Of a stretch of 64,000 bases of DNA, positions 13,664 to 25,342 are shown in pieces (within the stretch, counting starts at the first letter, position 1; every line of letters begins with the position of its first letter). The position numbers were made by a program, and so were the translations under genes. The stretch lies in assembly GCA_002633005.1 (NCBI GenBank), contig NMRA01000011.1, positions 1,438,555 to 1,502,554 on the forward strand. Direction: 5' to 3'. The notes beneath the pieces are model-generated. The model worked only from the letters and a program-made list of their open reading frames with translations, ran no database searches and had not been told where the DNA came from. Source of the DNA: Phoronis australis (taxonomy: Eukaryota > Animalia > Phoronida).

Positions 13664-16600
13664 CTGAAATCAACAATGAGTGTGTTTCAAAATTTTGGAC
13701 AACGTTTACATTGACATTTCCAGACAGATCAAAAAGATTTAAGTACGACAAAAGATGTCAAAAATAAGCACCAGACGACAACGTACATGTACTTGTCTAA
13801 CAATGTATGACTTACGAAGAAATTAATGTGACGTAATGTTCGATTACGCGTTTTGTTCAGATCAGTTCTGCTTCCTGTTATCATCAACTTACTTTCTCAG
13901 ACCATGACGTCATGATACAATAAAGTGATGATTTATTAGTTAAAGTCAACGAGTTAACAGTAATTCGTTACATGGTGGTAGCGTGAACTAGTGAGCCTGA
14001 TCCGGTGAGTTCATTCCAGTTTTTACTCTGACTTGGCTTTAAAGGCGTGCTTAAGATGACCCTGGTGTCTCAGACTGCAACTCACAATGGCCCACGCATA
14101 TGGTTTATCTCTTCCCTCCCCGTTGGATCTGCACTCCAACAATGTGGCAGATGGCTGGAGGAAATTCCGGAATGATTGGGCGAATTACTCGCTGGCATTG
14201 CAACTAACCAAGAAGCCCTAAATGTCCAGATGGCGACACTACTTACTGTAATTGGGGAAGATCTTTGGTACACCTTCGACATGACTGATGCAGAAAGAGA
14301 ACAGATTGGTGCTGTAATGGACAGGTTTGCGGCATAAAGAGAACCAAAAAAAAAACACCCAATTTGAGAGATAATGCTTTAATGAACGTATACGGGAACC
14401 GGTTGAATCGTACGAAACAGTAAATTGGCGGAGAGTTGCGAGTTTGCCGACATCACGCCAGAGACCGTTTGGTATTCGGCATTAGAGATCCCTTGGTACG
14501 TGAACGCCTACTCACAGGAGCTTCACTGACGTTGAAAAAAACGATGAGATTTGCAGGGCGGCTGAATCAACATCAGCTCAGATGAAGTCGGTTGGAGAGG
14601 CTACAACGGGCATCCATGTAGTCAACACCAGAAAGAAGCATCAGCCAACACAAAGAAAACAAAAACAGACACAGACTAACAAAAAGAATGAGTGCCAAAG
14701 TTGTGGACTCAAGCATGGTGAAAATTGTCCTGCGAAAGGAAAGCAATGCAATAAATGCAGAAAATTTAACCATTTTGCGGTGGCGCCAATGCATTGTATG
14801 AAGAGGACCCTCCCCAAACGTACGCAGTTTTCAGTATGGGAGTGCTTTCGCCCCGACAGATAGCACTTTGTCTTGAAAATGGGAATTTTGTGCAGTTTCA
14901 GATCGACAATGGACCTGAAACAAGGAAGTTATTTGAGACCATACGCTGAGCAAACTGGAGTCAGTGGCATCGTACATAGAGGCCTAGGGAGGAGGAAAAC
15001 TTCCGACGATGGGTCTAGGTGTTTCGAGATTTGAAAGAAGATGCAAATCAGATGTCTTGTGGTGGACAATCCGAATGGAAAACCCATGCTAGGGGAGGAG
15101 GCATGCGTTGGCTTGAATGTACTCAAATACACAGACAACGATGAAATGAGACAACAGTACCCTAAGGATGCCAAGATATTCAAGATTACCACGACGACGA
15201 CATCAAAACCAGTTACGAAAGAACATTTCGTAAAAGCGTCCCCAGATGTGTTCAGTGACAAGGTGGGAAAGCTTAAACGGGAGCACCGCATCAGACTTGA
15301 TGACCGTGTGCCAGCTGTATAATATGCACCACGCAGGGTACCACTGGCCCTCAGGAAACCCTTGAAAGCGAAGCTGGAGGTTCTTGTCAAGGATGGGATC
15401 ATTGCCCACGGAGTAGATCAACTCTAAGGTTGTTGTCCGTAAGAAAGACAATTACCTGCGCATATGTTTGGACCCCAAACACCTGAATGAGACCATTCTT
15501 CGAGAGCACTACGAGATGCCAACCGTAAAAGACATCGCTACAATGTTACACAACGCAAAAGTATTTTCCGTGCTCGACGTGACCAAAGGATTTTGACATG
15601 TACCATTAAATGAAGATTCATTCCGGCTGACAAATTTCCACACACCCTTTGGGAGATATAGATGGCTCCGTCTATCTTTTGCTTAGGCAATCCTCTGTGG
15701 AATTTATCGGTCAGATAGCCTCGGGCAAAGGTATTCAGTCTCCAGAAGACGTCAAGGGTGTCCTGAGACTCTTAGGCATGGCACAATATTTGGGTAATTT
15801 TTCTAACCTCCCCAGTAATGTGAAACCGTGGAGAGCACTTAAATGAAAGGAAGTTCCTTGGTCCCTGGATGTGCAACATGGGCGGGTGTTCCATAAACTC
15901 AAACAGACCAACGTAGTACTCCCGTTTGGCGATACTACAACATGGATGAAGAGCTGACGATACAGTGCGATGCATCCCAGTCCGGATTTGGCGCAGCATT
16001 GTTACAGAATGGACAACCCGTGGCCTACGCATCTCGAGCACTTACTTCTGCGGAGAAAAAACTGTGCTCAAATCGAGAAAGAGCTATTAGCCATTGTTTT
16101 GCCTGTGAGAAGTTCAAGCCATACATCTATGGTAGAGATCATACTACAGTAAACACAGATCACAACCCTCGGAAATGATTGCGAAGACGCCCCTGTCTCA
16201 GTCCCCAAAAAGGGTAAAGATCATGTTCCTAAGGCTGCAGAAATATGTCTTAACCATTACGTACGTTAAAGGGGAGAGCCTTTTCTTAGCGGATACTCTA
16301 AGTAGAGCATATCTGAGGTGAAAGAGGTAGTGACCGTCAGGAGTTCTTTACCTATAACGGGCCTCAGTTCAGTGCAGCAGAATTTGCAGTGTTTGCAGCA
16401 AAATGGAATTTTGCCCATAACACGTCATCTCCTCCTTATGAGCAATCCAACGGCAAGGCAGAAAATGCAGTAAAGACGGAAAAGTGGTTGTCCAAGAAAT
16501 GTCGGTGGAACAAAACTTCAGAATTTCAAGCTTTGCTTGAATGGCGAAACACACCAACTGAAGGCATGTCTACCAGCCCCGCTGAACGTCTCAAGGGACG

Positions 16601-19600
16601 AAGATGTGACATGTTGTTACCGATGCCAGATCGCCTACTGGAGCCACGACACCGCAAGGAAGGTGACATTCGAGATCTAAAAGGATGCATGGATTGACAG
16701 CATTTTTACTACGATAAAGGCGCAAAGGATCTACCCACAATTGAGCTAGGTGATACTGTGCGTCTGAAGGTGCCGGGTAAGAACGTGTATACCCCCAGAA
16801 TCTGCCACGACCAGGTCTGTCCACGTAGTTACGACATCCAAGAAGGACAAACAGTTTATAGTAGGAATCGGCGAGATCAGTTGAAAACAGAAGAGCCCAA
16901 AGTGGCTAATGACCACACAACACACGAGTCAGCACCCGAGTGAACAACTGCAGTTGAGGATACTCCTGGAGCTCGTCCAGAAGGGGTCCAACCACGACGA
17001 TCGACTCACGCGAGACGTACACCTCAGCGATTCGCGGACATTGTTCATAGTTCATATTTTTCTAGTTCAGAGACTTTAGATAAGCTTTCAGTTCAGAAAG
17101 GGGAGGATATGACGTGACGATAATGCGTTTTATTCGGAGTTAGGACTTTAGTCGTAATGATAGTTTAGTCAGACCTGCTTCCTGTTGTCATCAACTTCCT
17201 GTCCAAGACCATGAAGTCATGATATAATAAAGTGATGAGTTATTAGTTAAAATCAACGAGTTTACAATAATTCGTTATAGTTACAGTTCAGTTTAAAAGA
17301 AAGTTCGCCTTCAACGAATATTTGTCTTTGATACAACCTGTAAAGATTCGTGATGGCGTCAATTCTATAGCGTCGAGTATAAGTAGGCATACACACTAAC
17401 TGTTGAAATAAATTATTTTATTTTGAGTTGCTCATACGTACAGCCTCCAATAGCCTTAAATAAAATTACCCAAACGTACCATCCGTGAAATATCCCGTAG
17501 TTACGTAGGTGACAGGTATGCAAGTTTCGGTGTCCATTGCCATGTGGAAGGTTGTAGTGCCGTTGTATTTAGGTGTAGGATTGAGAATGCTCGTGAAGCT
17601 ATCAATCAGCAGCTTACCAGAACCATATGAGAATGTACCCAAGTAATGGCCATCTGCGAAGTAAGAAAAGTGTATGCATTCTGGTGCCAAGAGCAAAAAT
17701 TCACACTGCATTTACGTCATAGGATACTAAACCCAATCTTCGTTTTATCACTTGCTCAGGCACATTAGAATCCTATTTGAGTGATAAAAACAGGATTCAA
17801 CTAAAAACTCTTAATCTCTGTGTCTCATCTAGTACATTAAGGTTCTTAGTGGGTGGTCGTTCCTACAGTTGTGTAACTCGCTCAAAGCTCAGGTAAAGCT
17901 TGCCGGTTTAGCAGGCGTTATAAAAGTTTTGAAATTTTGCCCCATACTCTTAAGGGTTATCGAGGAATACAGAACATTATTTTGTTTCGGAGAACTATAC
18001 GAGGAAAGCGTCTCAAACATTTGTTAATGTATTAAAAACGAGTTTGGCATCCTCTTAACAAAAATTGTCACACTTCACGTTTTCATTTCTTTCATCCTTG
18101 TAAGGTTAACTTTGGGTAAGCAGTCTTCTATTTCACAATATATCCAGAAAATAATCAATTTATGCAGTCACCAGCACACCATAAAACTTGCTTATCGACT
18201 AAAATTACTTTTAAAGTGAATGTTTTGCCTGTTATGACCTCTGCATGTCAAGCTGGCTATTATCAAAACGAACAAAAATTCACAAAGTTTACAGTTTTTA
18301 ACCCAAACTCATCACTTAGCTTGAGACTGTTAGGTACCACCAGACAACGTATTCAGAAAGTCAAATAAACCGGACTAATGTTTTGCAAATCTGAGAAAAC
18401 TGACCGATACGCCTGCGAATTTCCATCCAAAAACTGCCTTGTCGTCAAGGAGTGGTATAATGTTTTTAAACGTTTTTGGAATTTAACCCATTATTGCAAG
18501 AAACACGTCAAAGGGGTAACGAGATTTATTTTTCAAAAGAGATACGAAAGCAAGTAAACGCCATTCGAAGCTGCCACAAGCATAGCACATTTCAAAACCG
18601 CCAGACAAGTTAGCACTCAGTTTCCACTAAAACTTAAAGATTGAACACTTCCTGTCCCCGTAATGCTTCATTATTATGATACGTGTCAAACAATCAAAGC
18701 AGCACATGTTCCCATATTTCTAATTTCACGAACCTATTGTAAATGGAATATATACATGTATATCATATTGAGCTAATGCGTTGACATTAAAGGAGAAGGC
18801 CACCCGATTTAAGTAGTCTTTTTTGCCGTCTTAATTTGTCTACATCCACATACGGTTGAACCTGACCTTGCCAGAGGTGTCGCGTTAACCTGTGAGGAAG
18901 GTGAGAAACGACGCAAGTGACGTCAGTGGTTCATCTGCCGAGTGAATGCCGTTATATTGCGGTGCATCGTTCCCTATAGTCCGAACTATGCAGCTGCGAG
19001 GAAAGCGGGTATATTGTTTTTTTGGACTTCCTCGATAGACCGAAATGCTTAGGAAGTGGCACGTAGTAGTGAAGAATGAAAAGTACGCTGTAAATAGCAA
19101 GTATAAGGCCGTGAAATATCTCCGTGTTTGTGGCTGCAGTCGTCGACAGTGCCTGACGAATGCCTGCTTACGAAATAATTATCCAATCCATACGTTCCGT
19201 TATCTGAGCTTGTTCACGGCGCCTCTCTGGTATTTCTTCATCACTGTATTCCTGTTTGAATTGATAACCTGTGAAACTTAACGATCCACCTGCGAAGTCT
19301 TCGCAGGGATCGACTGGTGAGGTCTCGTCTAAGTCGGGATTGCGAGTTGCCATGTTGATGTTTATTACTAAGCGTTCTGTTTCAAAATGAATTATTCTCA
19401 CCCTAACCAATACCTATAAAAAACTGAAACAAAGTCTGCTTCATTACATGCAATTTGTAATGCCTTTGGAGTGTTCGTGAGTGCAAATGATTTGAGAAGC
19501 CAGCAATGAATAAATCACTGCGTTACCGGCTTTAGGTGCAATAAAACTAATTGACGGGACACCGAGGCCGTGTGAGCTCATGCTAATTTAGTGTTTACTG

Positions 19601-20925
19601 GCAGAAACCATTGTTTAACAACTCAGTTGATTTCATTCCCACGGCCTGGTGTTTGGGGAGTCTTTATTTACATTTACATTTACATTATTCAAATAATGGT
19701 TGTCAATGTACAGCTTCTGCCCTGACGATGCTGTGGCCAAAACGGAACCTAAATTCGCGGCTCCCGACGAGTAAGTAGATTTGCAATTTCGTGGGTAATT
19801 CACCAACAAAATCACATGCGCATTACTTTGGCTCACTAGTATAGCATTTGCGTGAGTGGAAGTTTAGTTTCCAACTTTGGCTGGTTTATTTTTCGTGATG
19901 TCTGATCAATTTCCGTGCCACTGGCCGCGATAACGAGTCAATCCGGCCGTCGGCGACGCGCCTGATCGGGCTTCTAGCCACTGGCCAGGATAATAAGCGT
20001 TTTGTGTGTTTAGAACTAAAAAATGGTCTAAACAACACAAATCTGGGTTCTTCTCCTGTATGAATCTCACGGAAAATACTTCGAAGTTGTCTCCAATCAG
20101 ATCTCAAACTCTTGCTACGGTCTTTATTGTCCTGCCGAACTGTGTAGGGTACCGTGTGTACAAATACCAATAAATCCGTAACAGCGAAATAAAACAACAC
20201 GTTTTTATAAGAACTCGGTGTATTTTTTTAAAAATCCTTAAAAGGGTTTTACATCGAAGTTTGATGATTTATTGGTGTTAAACGGTGAATTCAAGCGATA
20301 AGCTGACACCAGTAACCCGTGTTGTGAACTGCTGAACAGACTGCGTGTGAAACCTGTTACGTCATCGGATAATTTCAACACCTCCGTCTGCCGTCAGGTG
20401 TCAGGTAATGCAACATTACGTGCCGTTATGGAGTAGAACTACTCTATCTGAATTGATGCAAAGTAGGTTGTTTTTTGGATGGCATGCTCCTTTAGCTACA
20501 ATTCAATAAGAGGGAAAGCGGTATGAGATGAAGAGAAGACGGGAGGAAGAAAGTACGTGGAGGAATAACACAAGGATTCAATGAGAACGTGGAAGAAAGA
20601 TAGAGTTGCAGAGTAGTTGGAGGGAGGGGGGCGGGGTAGCGTGCATGGAGGGATGGAGGAATGACGGTTAGATATGACAGAGGGAGGGGTGCGAGTTGCG
20701 AAGAACATGGGGGGCATGATTAGAGGGATTGAAGCATGACCGTAAGATATGAGAGCAGGAGGGGTACGAGGTGCATAGATTATGGGGGGCACGTATAGAG
20801 GTATGGAGGAATGAGGGTTAGATATGAGAGAGGAAGGGAGGTTCGAGGTGCAGAGAACAAGGGGGCATGTATAAAGGGATGGAGGAATGAGGGAGGGCGG
20901 ACTGAGGTAAAAGTAGATAGAAGAA

Positions 20926-21000
<75 letters not shown>

Positions 21001-24000
21001 GTTTCATTGAAAAGTAAGCTGTTCTTGGCTTTAATTAGTTTGTACAACAAACTTTCGTAGGGTCTACACAAGTGTGTTTCATCGGTTGGTAGTTGATATA
21101 ATAGATCGCCCAGTGTAAGTGGCATCACGGACACATATATATATGAGTAAAGATATAATAAAACTCTGTACAAAACATAAGTTGCACTTCATCTCGCCGG
21201 TTATCTATGCATTTACAGAATGGGTCAATTAAAGATCACTTCCAAACACTCCACAAACAGAAAATTTCTCGTTCAGTCATTCTTGACAATACCATCGTCA
21301 GATATTTCAAACGTGACTCCTTTCGTTTGAAAATACTCGAACCTTTAAAAATAAAAACTGAAACTCCTGACATAAATTCCCAAGATACTGGGTTCCATCG
21401 TACCTTGTCGTTATATAAGTAATGTCCATGAGTTGTAACACCTATGTAATTTATTAAATTTTACAACGTTTCATAGTACATTAGTTTCCATTACAATTCC
21501 TTCTGTAACTGCGCTCTTATGTATGCAACCTTATATTCGTGTTTAATGTCATTGTTCTTGTTTCATGTACCTTACACGATGGCGTTTATGATTTTTAAGT
21601 TTATTTGCCTTTGATGACTGATGTATAGTCGAAGTACCGCTACTGATTTATTATGATATGTTTTGTACAGAGTTTTATTACATATCTACTCATATATATG
21701 TGTTCGTGATGCCACTAACACTGGGCGATCTATTATATCAATTACCATCCGATGAAAGACACTTGTGTAGACACTACGAAAGTTTGTTGTATAAATTAAA
21801 TAAAGCCAAGAACAGCTTACTTTTCAATGAAACATGTATAAAAGAAGGTCTGCTACCCATTTACACAGGAATGGATAATTAGTTGGAAGAGAGGGAGATA
21901 TGAGAAGCTAGGGGAGGGTGGAGAGATAGAAAGAAGGAAGAGACACAAATCGACATTTTACCTTTCGCATCCATGTATGCAGGGATAGGATATTTGTCGC
22001 AGTTTCCGTTGGTAACAACGTAGGCCACTTGCTGAAAGAAGCGACAATAAAAGAAAAATCAGTTTTAATACACACTGAAAATGAGAAATTTCACTCTTGC
22101 TTTCCGTGCAAAAATTCTTATTTCATGACCGTAATTATTCTTACGCTGTTAAATGTATATTTACAAAATTCCCTAAAACATCATTAAAAACTTTCATTCT
22201 CTTAAAGCTACTATGAACTCTCCTATGGTTACAAAAACAAACATGTATTACTTAGACCACTTATGGCTACGGAACTGATCTGAAGTTGTTAACATAGTTA
22301 AATTAGAAGTGATCTGTGGCTTTGGTAAGAACTGAAAGCTCGTTATCACTTAACAGTATTCAAAAATCTAATTACAATTTAACCGTTTGTATAATATTTC
22401 GCATATGCATGTCTAGAAAATACCCAACATAATTCTCGAGGAAATTCAAATGTAAAATATATATATATATATATATATATCATGTTGCGAGAAAAAAAGA
22501 TTCATTGCAAGCGCCTTCTGACCTAGTTAAGTCGAAGTACTTCAAATCCCCATTTACAAAATTAAAACCTTTTAGTCATAATCGCACACTGCAAATTCAG
22601 TTGACATTGCGAGTGAATGTTGAAATAGCGAACATGGTTAAGACATGAAAAGGCTCCAAAATCCATAACAGATTTTCACTGAATAATTAAGCGACAACAG
22701 TCAGATGTGAAGACTCGTGACTTTCTTCGAATACGACTGCTGTTTTCTTCAAAAGTACCTTGCCTTGGCATAAAAACAAAACTGAGTAACTGAAAATTCC
22801 TAAAAGCGTCTTGAGGTAAATTGTGAAGTTGTGAAATTTTCATTTAAACAAGTTTCGCTAAAATCGACGGGAGGGATTGTCTTGTTATGAATGTGGAATT
22901 CTTAAAAACGAATATCTGACGTAAAAGGTTGGTAATGTAATAATAATGATGAAATACAAAAACACAACATATTTTTTATTTCAGAATATATATCGTTTTA
23001 CAAATAGACATAGCCTGTTCTTTTGACATTTGAGAATCAAAGTCTATAAACAAGGTTTGAGATAACCTTAAGATGATGTCATAGCCCTGCAAATCGGCAT
23101 GACACGGCGTGTCAATAAAAGAGCACGTGCAGGAAGAGACCGTGGCATTGCGGAAGCTCAGACGACTGCGAATTGGCATTCGTACTGAAACTACGGTATC
23201 AACAACTGATGCACGTGCTTCCACAAGACCACGTGGTTTCTGGGCACTCTTCAAAAAAGGTATGCGTCTGGTATGTTCTCAAGCAATTATGAACTACCTT
23301 TTCAAGTTCCCACCCTCCCAAATCATTTCTCATCTGCATCACAAACAAGTTGATTCTAATCGAAAAGCAATAAAAGCTCTTAAACGAAGTCAGTTTCTTT
23401 ACTGTATCCATGAATGCTAATCACTTTAATTACCTCTTTGTAATCTGTAACGAATTTCTGATAAACTGTGTAATATCCTATGGTAACTTGCTGAAATCCG
23501 CCTGCTCGCATTTTCTTGAGATCAGTAGACATTGAACCACTTATCTTAAAAAAGCAAACAAACAAACAAACAATATATAGTCCGGGTACCTATCTTGATC
23601 AGGCTCCAAAGGTCGTTCGCGTGCAGCGCAGCCACGCGGGACTTAGCGTTCCAATTTGGAGTGCTCGTCTGCACATTAGGTATTAACCTCTTGGGAGAAA
23701 CACGCATGGAAGAACTGAGACTAAAATTAATGCATTTACCGACTGTTTTTTTGAGAACACTTAAAAATTGCAGATTTTACTAATGCACTTTTTGTTCATT
23801 TTCAGAAGATATTTTTGAAATTAAATTTTCTTCAGACGAAACAAAAAACAACTCAGGGATTGTTTATGCAATGTATCTATTTGTCCCAGGCACTAACCGG
23901 CACCTGTTAGGCCAAAGGAAAAACGCAGCAGACAAATGGAACACGCTGGGTGCTTAACAGTTTAGGCCCAAGCCTTGGTCATCAAAATAGTGTCCACTTG

Positions 24001-25342
24001 TTTTTTAGTGCAAAACAATGTACTGAACTCAAAATTTGTGTTGACATTTTTGGTTAAAGCATTTTGAATTTATTTGAAGAAAATTAAAATACTTGAATTG
24101 ATAGAGAATGGCCACCAATAAAGTACATGTAAAACATTGACTTTATTTCACTATATTACATTGGTACATACAACACAGCATGACATAATCAAAAATAAAG
24201 GAAGAGATTGAGCAATAAAATGCAAATGCAACTTGGGTATTTATTCATTTATTTATGATTGCAGAAGCCTGTTAAAGGTGAGAAAAAATCAAACAATACG
24301 ATATTGGGTAATTTATTAGAACAATTGTATCGAGGTTCAATGATCAACTTCCGCCGACCAAGTCTCAAAGGGTTACAGTTCCGTTTTGGCTGACAGGGTG
24401 TTAACAGAGAATGAAGAAAAACTGAAAAGAAAAAAAAAGACAGCAGAGATAAGTGGTATTAAGAACAGCAAAAGCAAAATGTCCGGTAAAGAGGACACAA
24501 ATAAAAAATAAGTAAGGTCTATCTGAAATAAAATCGTTTGCGATTTATTTTCCAGAACTGAAATTCTAAATCAATTTTAATCGATTTAAACATCGATATC
24601 ATACTAGTAAAACAGTTTGTGGTTGAAGTAGAGTTGCTGTAAACCACTTTCCACTATTTTCTTGGCCTTTTTCTGTGTGGTTTCTATTCTTTCAAAAGGC
24701 GGCTGTATATGACGACCATAGGAGTCATTATAAAATGGCTACCGAAAAGCAAAGCACAGTTCAAACAACTCGGCATAAATAAAAAACTTTTGAATCAACT
24801 AATACTATGGATTTTTGAGAGTTCAATCAAGTTCTATGCAGAGCATAACTTTGATGAAGTGGAATAATTGGATGAGTACGACAACAAGCCGGTTTTATGC
24901 GGACAACCATTGGGTTCCCGAGTATATACACACTTCACACATTTACAAGATTGACGAGAAACAATGAGAGTACGGAAGATGGGCATAGATTAGCTTAGAG
25001 TAAGACGAATACGGACAGCAATGGTGTTCTCTTGCGAAAGATTTAAACAACACTTGGGCACCACAAGTTAGATAAATACATGTAAGTATTTTTGAAGAAG
25101 CCCAGGAGACAAGAAGCACTATTAGAAACGTTCCTGGAACTACGCTATTTCGACTTAATTGCAAGTGTGTTAAACTGCTGGAAATATGGGACTACCGGGA
25201 ATGACGTAGGTTCTCTTCCGGTTGAAACTTGTCCAAGAATTAGCGAGAACAGACCGGAGAACTGGCTGGCGGGCTTAGTGCAGTGTTTTGTCTTAACCGA
25301 CATAACGACAACGGCCATCAGAACTACAGCTGTCTTCATCAT
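13563..25342 (-). CDS. EPDR: Ependymin-related protein, gene A (5 coding exons; ~200 aa secreted protein)
   Basis: Exons 25196-25342, 23434-23544, 21962-22031, 17480-17653 (alternative acceptor at 17680) and 13563-13663 join in frame with GT-AG introns (phases 0,0,1,1). Product: MMKTAVVLMAVVVMSVKTKHCTKPASQFSG...TDYKEQVAYVVTNGNCDKYPIP...ETCIPVT...FYLVNATSNIPDPSVLEIPCECK*. Signal peptide, C..P.QF start, DY, C.PV and N.T..I.DPSV..P..C end are typical of the ependymin family. Confidence 0.85.
13827..17279 (+). mobile_element. Decayed Gypsy LTR retrotransposon in intron 4 of EPDR gene A (antisense to the gene)
   Basis: LTRs 13827-13972 (TG..CA) and 17108-17279; PBS TGGTGGTAGCG at 13973; purine tract before 17108. 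Gag knuckle CPAKGKQCNKCRKFNHF, RT LRICLDPKHLN, RNase H QCDASQSGFGAALLQNGQPVAYASRAL and integrase QSNGKAENAVK are in RT-RH-IN order. Absent from the gene C intron. Confidence 0.9.
17480..17653 (-). CDS. EPDR: EPDR gene A coding exon 4
   Basis: cttttcttacttcgcag|AT...GAT G|gtacgt; (D)GHYLGTFSYGSGKLLIDSFTSILNPTPKYNGTTTFHMAMDTETCIPVTYVTTGYFTD; an in-frame alternative acceptor lies 27 nt upstream (17680). Confidence 0.85.
18791..20491 (+). mobile_element. Non-autonomous Kolobok element, copy 1 (intron 3 of gene A)
   Basis: TTAA/TTAG flanks; TIR AGGAGAAGGCCACCC..GGATGGCATGCTCCT; THAP remnant (LPR..EMLRKW..VVKNE...RVCG) on + and KolX-like YQFKQEYSDEEI remnant on -; homologous to 50947-52603. Confidence 0.8.
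20645..20895 (+). repeat. Purine-rich ~75-bp minisatellite (~3.3 degenerate units)
   Basis: GGGATGGAGGAATGA.GGTTAGATATGA-like core recurs at ~20650, 20725, 20800 and 20876. Confidence 0.7.
20928..20993. repeat. (CA)n microsatellite
   Basis: ~33 CA units. Confidence 0.98.
20994..21870 (+). mobile_element. Penelope-like element remnant with inverted pseudo-LTR arms
   Basis: GIY-YIG C-terminus (MHLQNGSIKDH...RLKILE.LKIK...PDINSQ, 21207-21422) is followed by the ORF N-terminus (MPLTLGDLL...LFNETCIKEGLLPIYT). An inverted copy of the N-terminus at 20994-21179 abuts a CA microsatellite. Confidence 0.75.
21962..22031 (-). CDS. EPDR: EPDR gene A coding exon 3
   Basis: ctttcag|CAA...AAA G|gtaaaa; QVAYVVTNGNCDKYPIPAYMDAK; aligns with gene B QHGYFVVDGKCTKVPVPAMAD. 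Confidence 0.85.
23434..23544 (-). CDS. EPDR: EPDR gene A coding exon 2
   Basis: ttttaag|...GAG|gtaatt; ISGSMSTDLKKMRAGGFQQVTIGYYTVYQKFVTDYKE; 111 nt, same length as gene B exon 2. Confidence 0.85.
25196..25342 (-). CDS. EPDR: EPDR gene A coding exon 1 (signal peptide)
   Basis: ttttcag|ATG ATG AAG; MMKTAVVLMAVVVMSVKTKHCTKPASQFSGLFSLILGQVSTGREPTSFP; weak donor CCG|GTAGTC at the position matching the end of gene B exon 1. Confidence 0.75.

Noticed and set aside
13973-13985. tRNA gene
   Set aside because: It is only the primer-binding site of the LTR element; no tRNA or rRNA genes were recognised in the window.
20496-21173. Longest ORF in the track (225 aa)
   Set aside because: It is an inverted Penelope N-terminus read through a TG microsatellite and a pyrimidine-rich minisatellite, not a gene.
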